Shown: piece after piece, positions 63,640-64,000 of the stretch
Position numbering within the stretch: the first letter of the stretch is position 1
Layout of the letters: every line of letters starts with the position of its first letter
NCBI GenBank assembly: GCA_030867685.1
Contig: JAQOWU010000007.1
Span: forward strand, 806,001-870,000
Direction: 5' to 3'
Length of the DNA stretch: 64,000 bases
Origin: Wickerhamiella versatilis
Lineage: Eukaryota
Position numbers and translations under genes: made by a program
The notes under the pieces: generated by a model
The model's database searches: none
What the model saw: the letters and a program-made list of their open reading frames with translations, nothing else
Told to the model about the DNA's origin: nothing

Positions 63640-64000
63640 ATGACGCTGGTGTTCAAGGACCCGCAGGTTCTAGTGGTGTCTCCCGGGAGTGACATTACTT
63701 ATGCCCAAATGGGTCTTCTTGAGGCCCTTCTTCCAGCCACGGTAGAGATACCTACATTGGTATACAGGAGTGGTGACAAGTTTGCGGGGAAGGGTGAAGA
63801 GTCAGATGCCGTTAGGCCCATCCAATCCGGAAAAATAGTGGATGAAAGTGCCTTCCATTACTTTCTAAAAGCCCTGTACCGTACATTGTCACGAAATGCT
63901 CCTCTACCCCCAGCCCTCTTTCTCACCACTAGTCTCCAATGGAACAGACGACAAATCGAGCGTCTTGTACGCTATCTTTTTGAGGAAGTTGGCGTACCAG
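63640..64000 (+). CDS. ARP9: Actin-related protein 9 (SWI/SNF-RSC), 5' part; runs off window
   Basis: Manual translation MTLVFKDPQVLVVSPGSDITYAQMGL..EIPTLVY..PIQSGKIVD..W....IE....YLFE. Not in the ORF track. Confidence 0.8.
   Translation, partial: MTLVFKDPQVLVVSPGSDITYAQMGLLEALLPATVEIPTLVYRSGDKFAGKGEESDAVRPIQSGKIVDESAFHYFLKALYRTLSRNAPLPPALFLTTSLQWNRRQIERLVRYLFEEVGVP

Noticed and set aside
1-64000. CRISPR arrays, intact transposons, alternative CUG code
   Set aside because: Eukaryotic DNA in which all repeats are coding or paralog-derived. No transposase, RT or LTR was seen, and CTG occupies conserved Leu positions (TOR YLLK, DLRQD).

Overview
This is a 64 kb piece of a very compact ascomycete yeast chromosome, with about 40 genes and only two clear short spliceosomal introns. 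CTG is read as Leu at conserved TOR positions. The compactness and a bacterial-type GH42 suggest the Wickerhamiella/Starmerella group, but that is inference. Most of the window is housekeeping genes: TOR, NOP53, NPA3, CCT5, ESP1, NOG2, ARG7, POL31, PIF1, OGG1 and ARP9. An accessory block at about 37-55 kb holds tandem GH76 genes, an OPT transporter with a decayed OPT relic, and a GPI-anchored GH16 galactanase-like gene with a paralog that lost its catalytic domain. Four elements absent from the ORF track were found: spliced TIM11, an intronic snR191/U19 H/ACA snoRNA, a SNORD53-like C/D snoRNA candidate and the OPT pseudogene. The most striking signal is a palindromic bZIP-type element (TKASTMA or TTACGT) within about 30 bp of most housekeeping start codons, often filling divergent gaps of only 17-35 bp. 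The second is a secreted bacterial-family GH42 beta-galactosidase that could work with the GH16 enzyme on beta-galactans.
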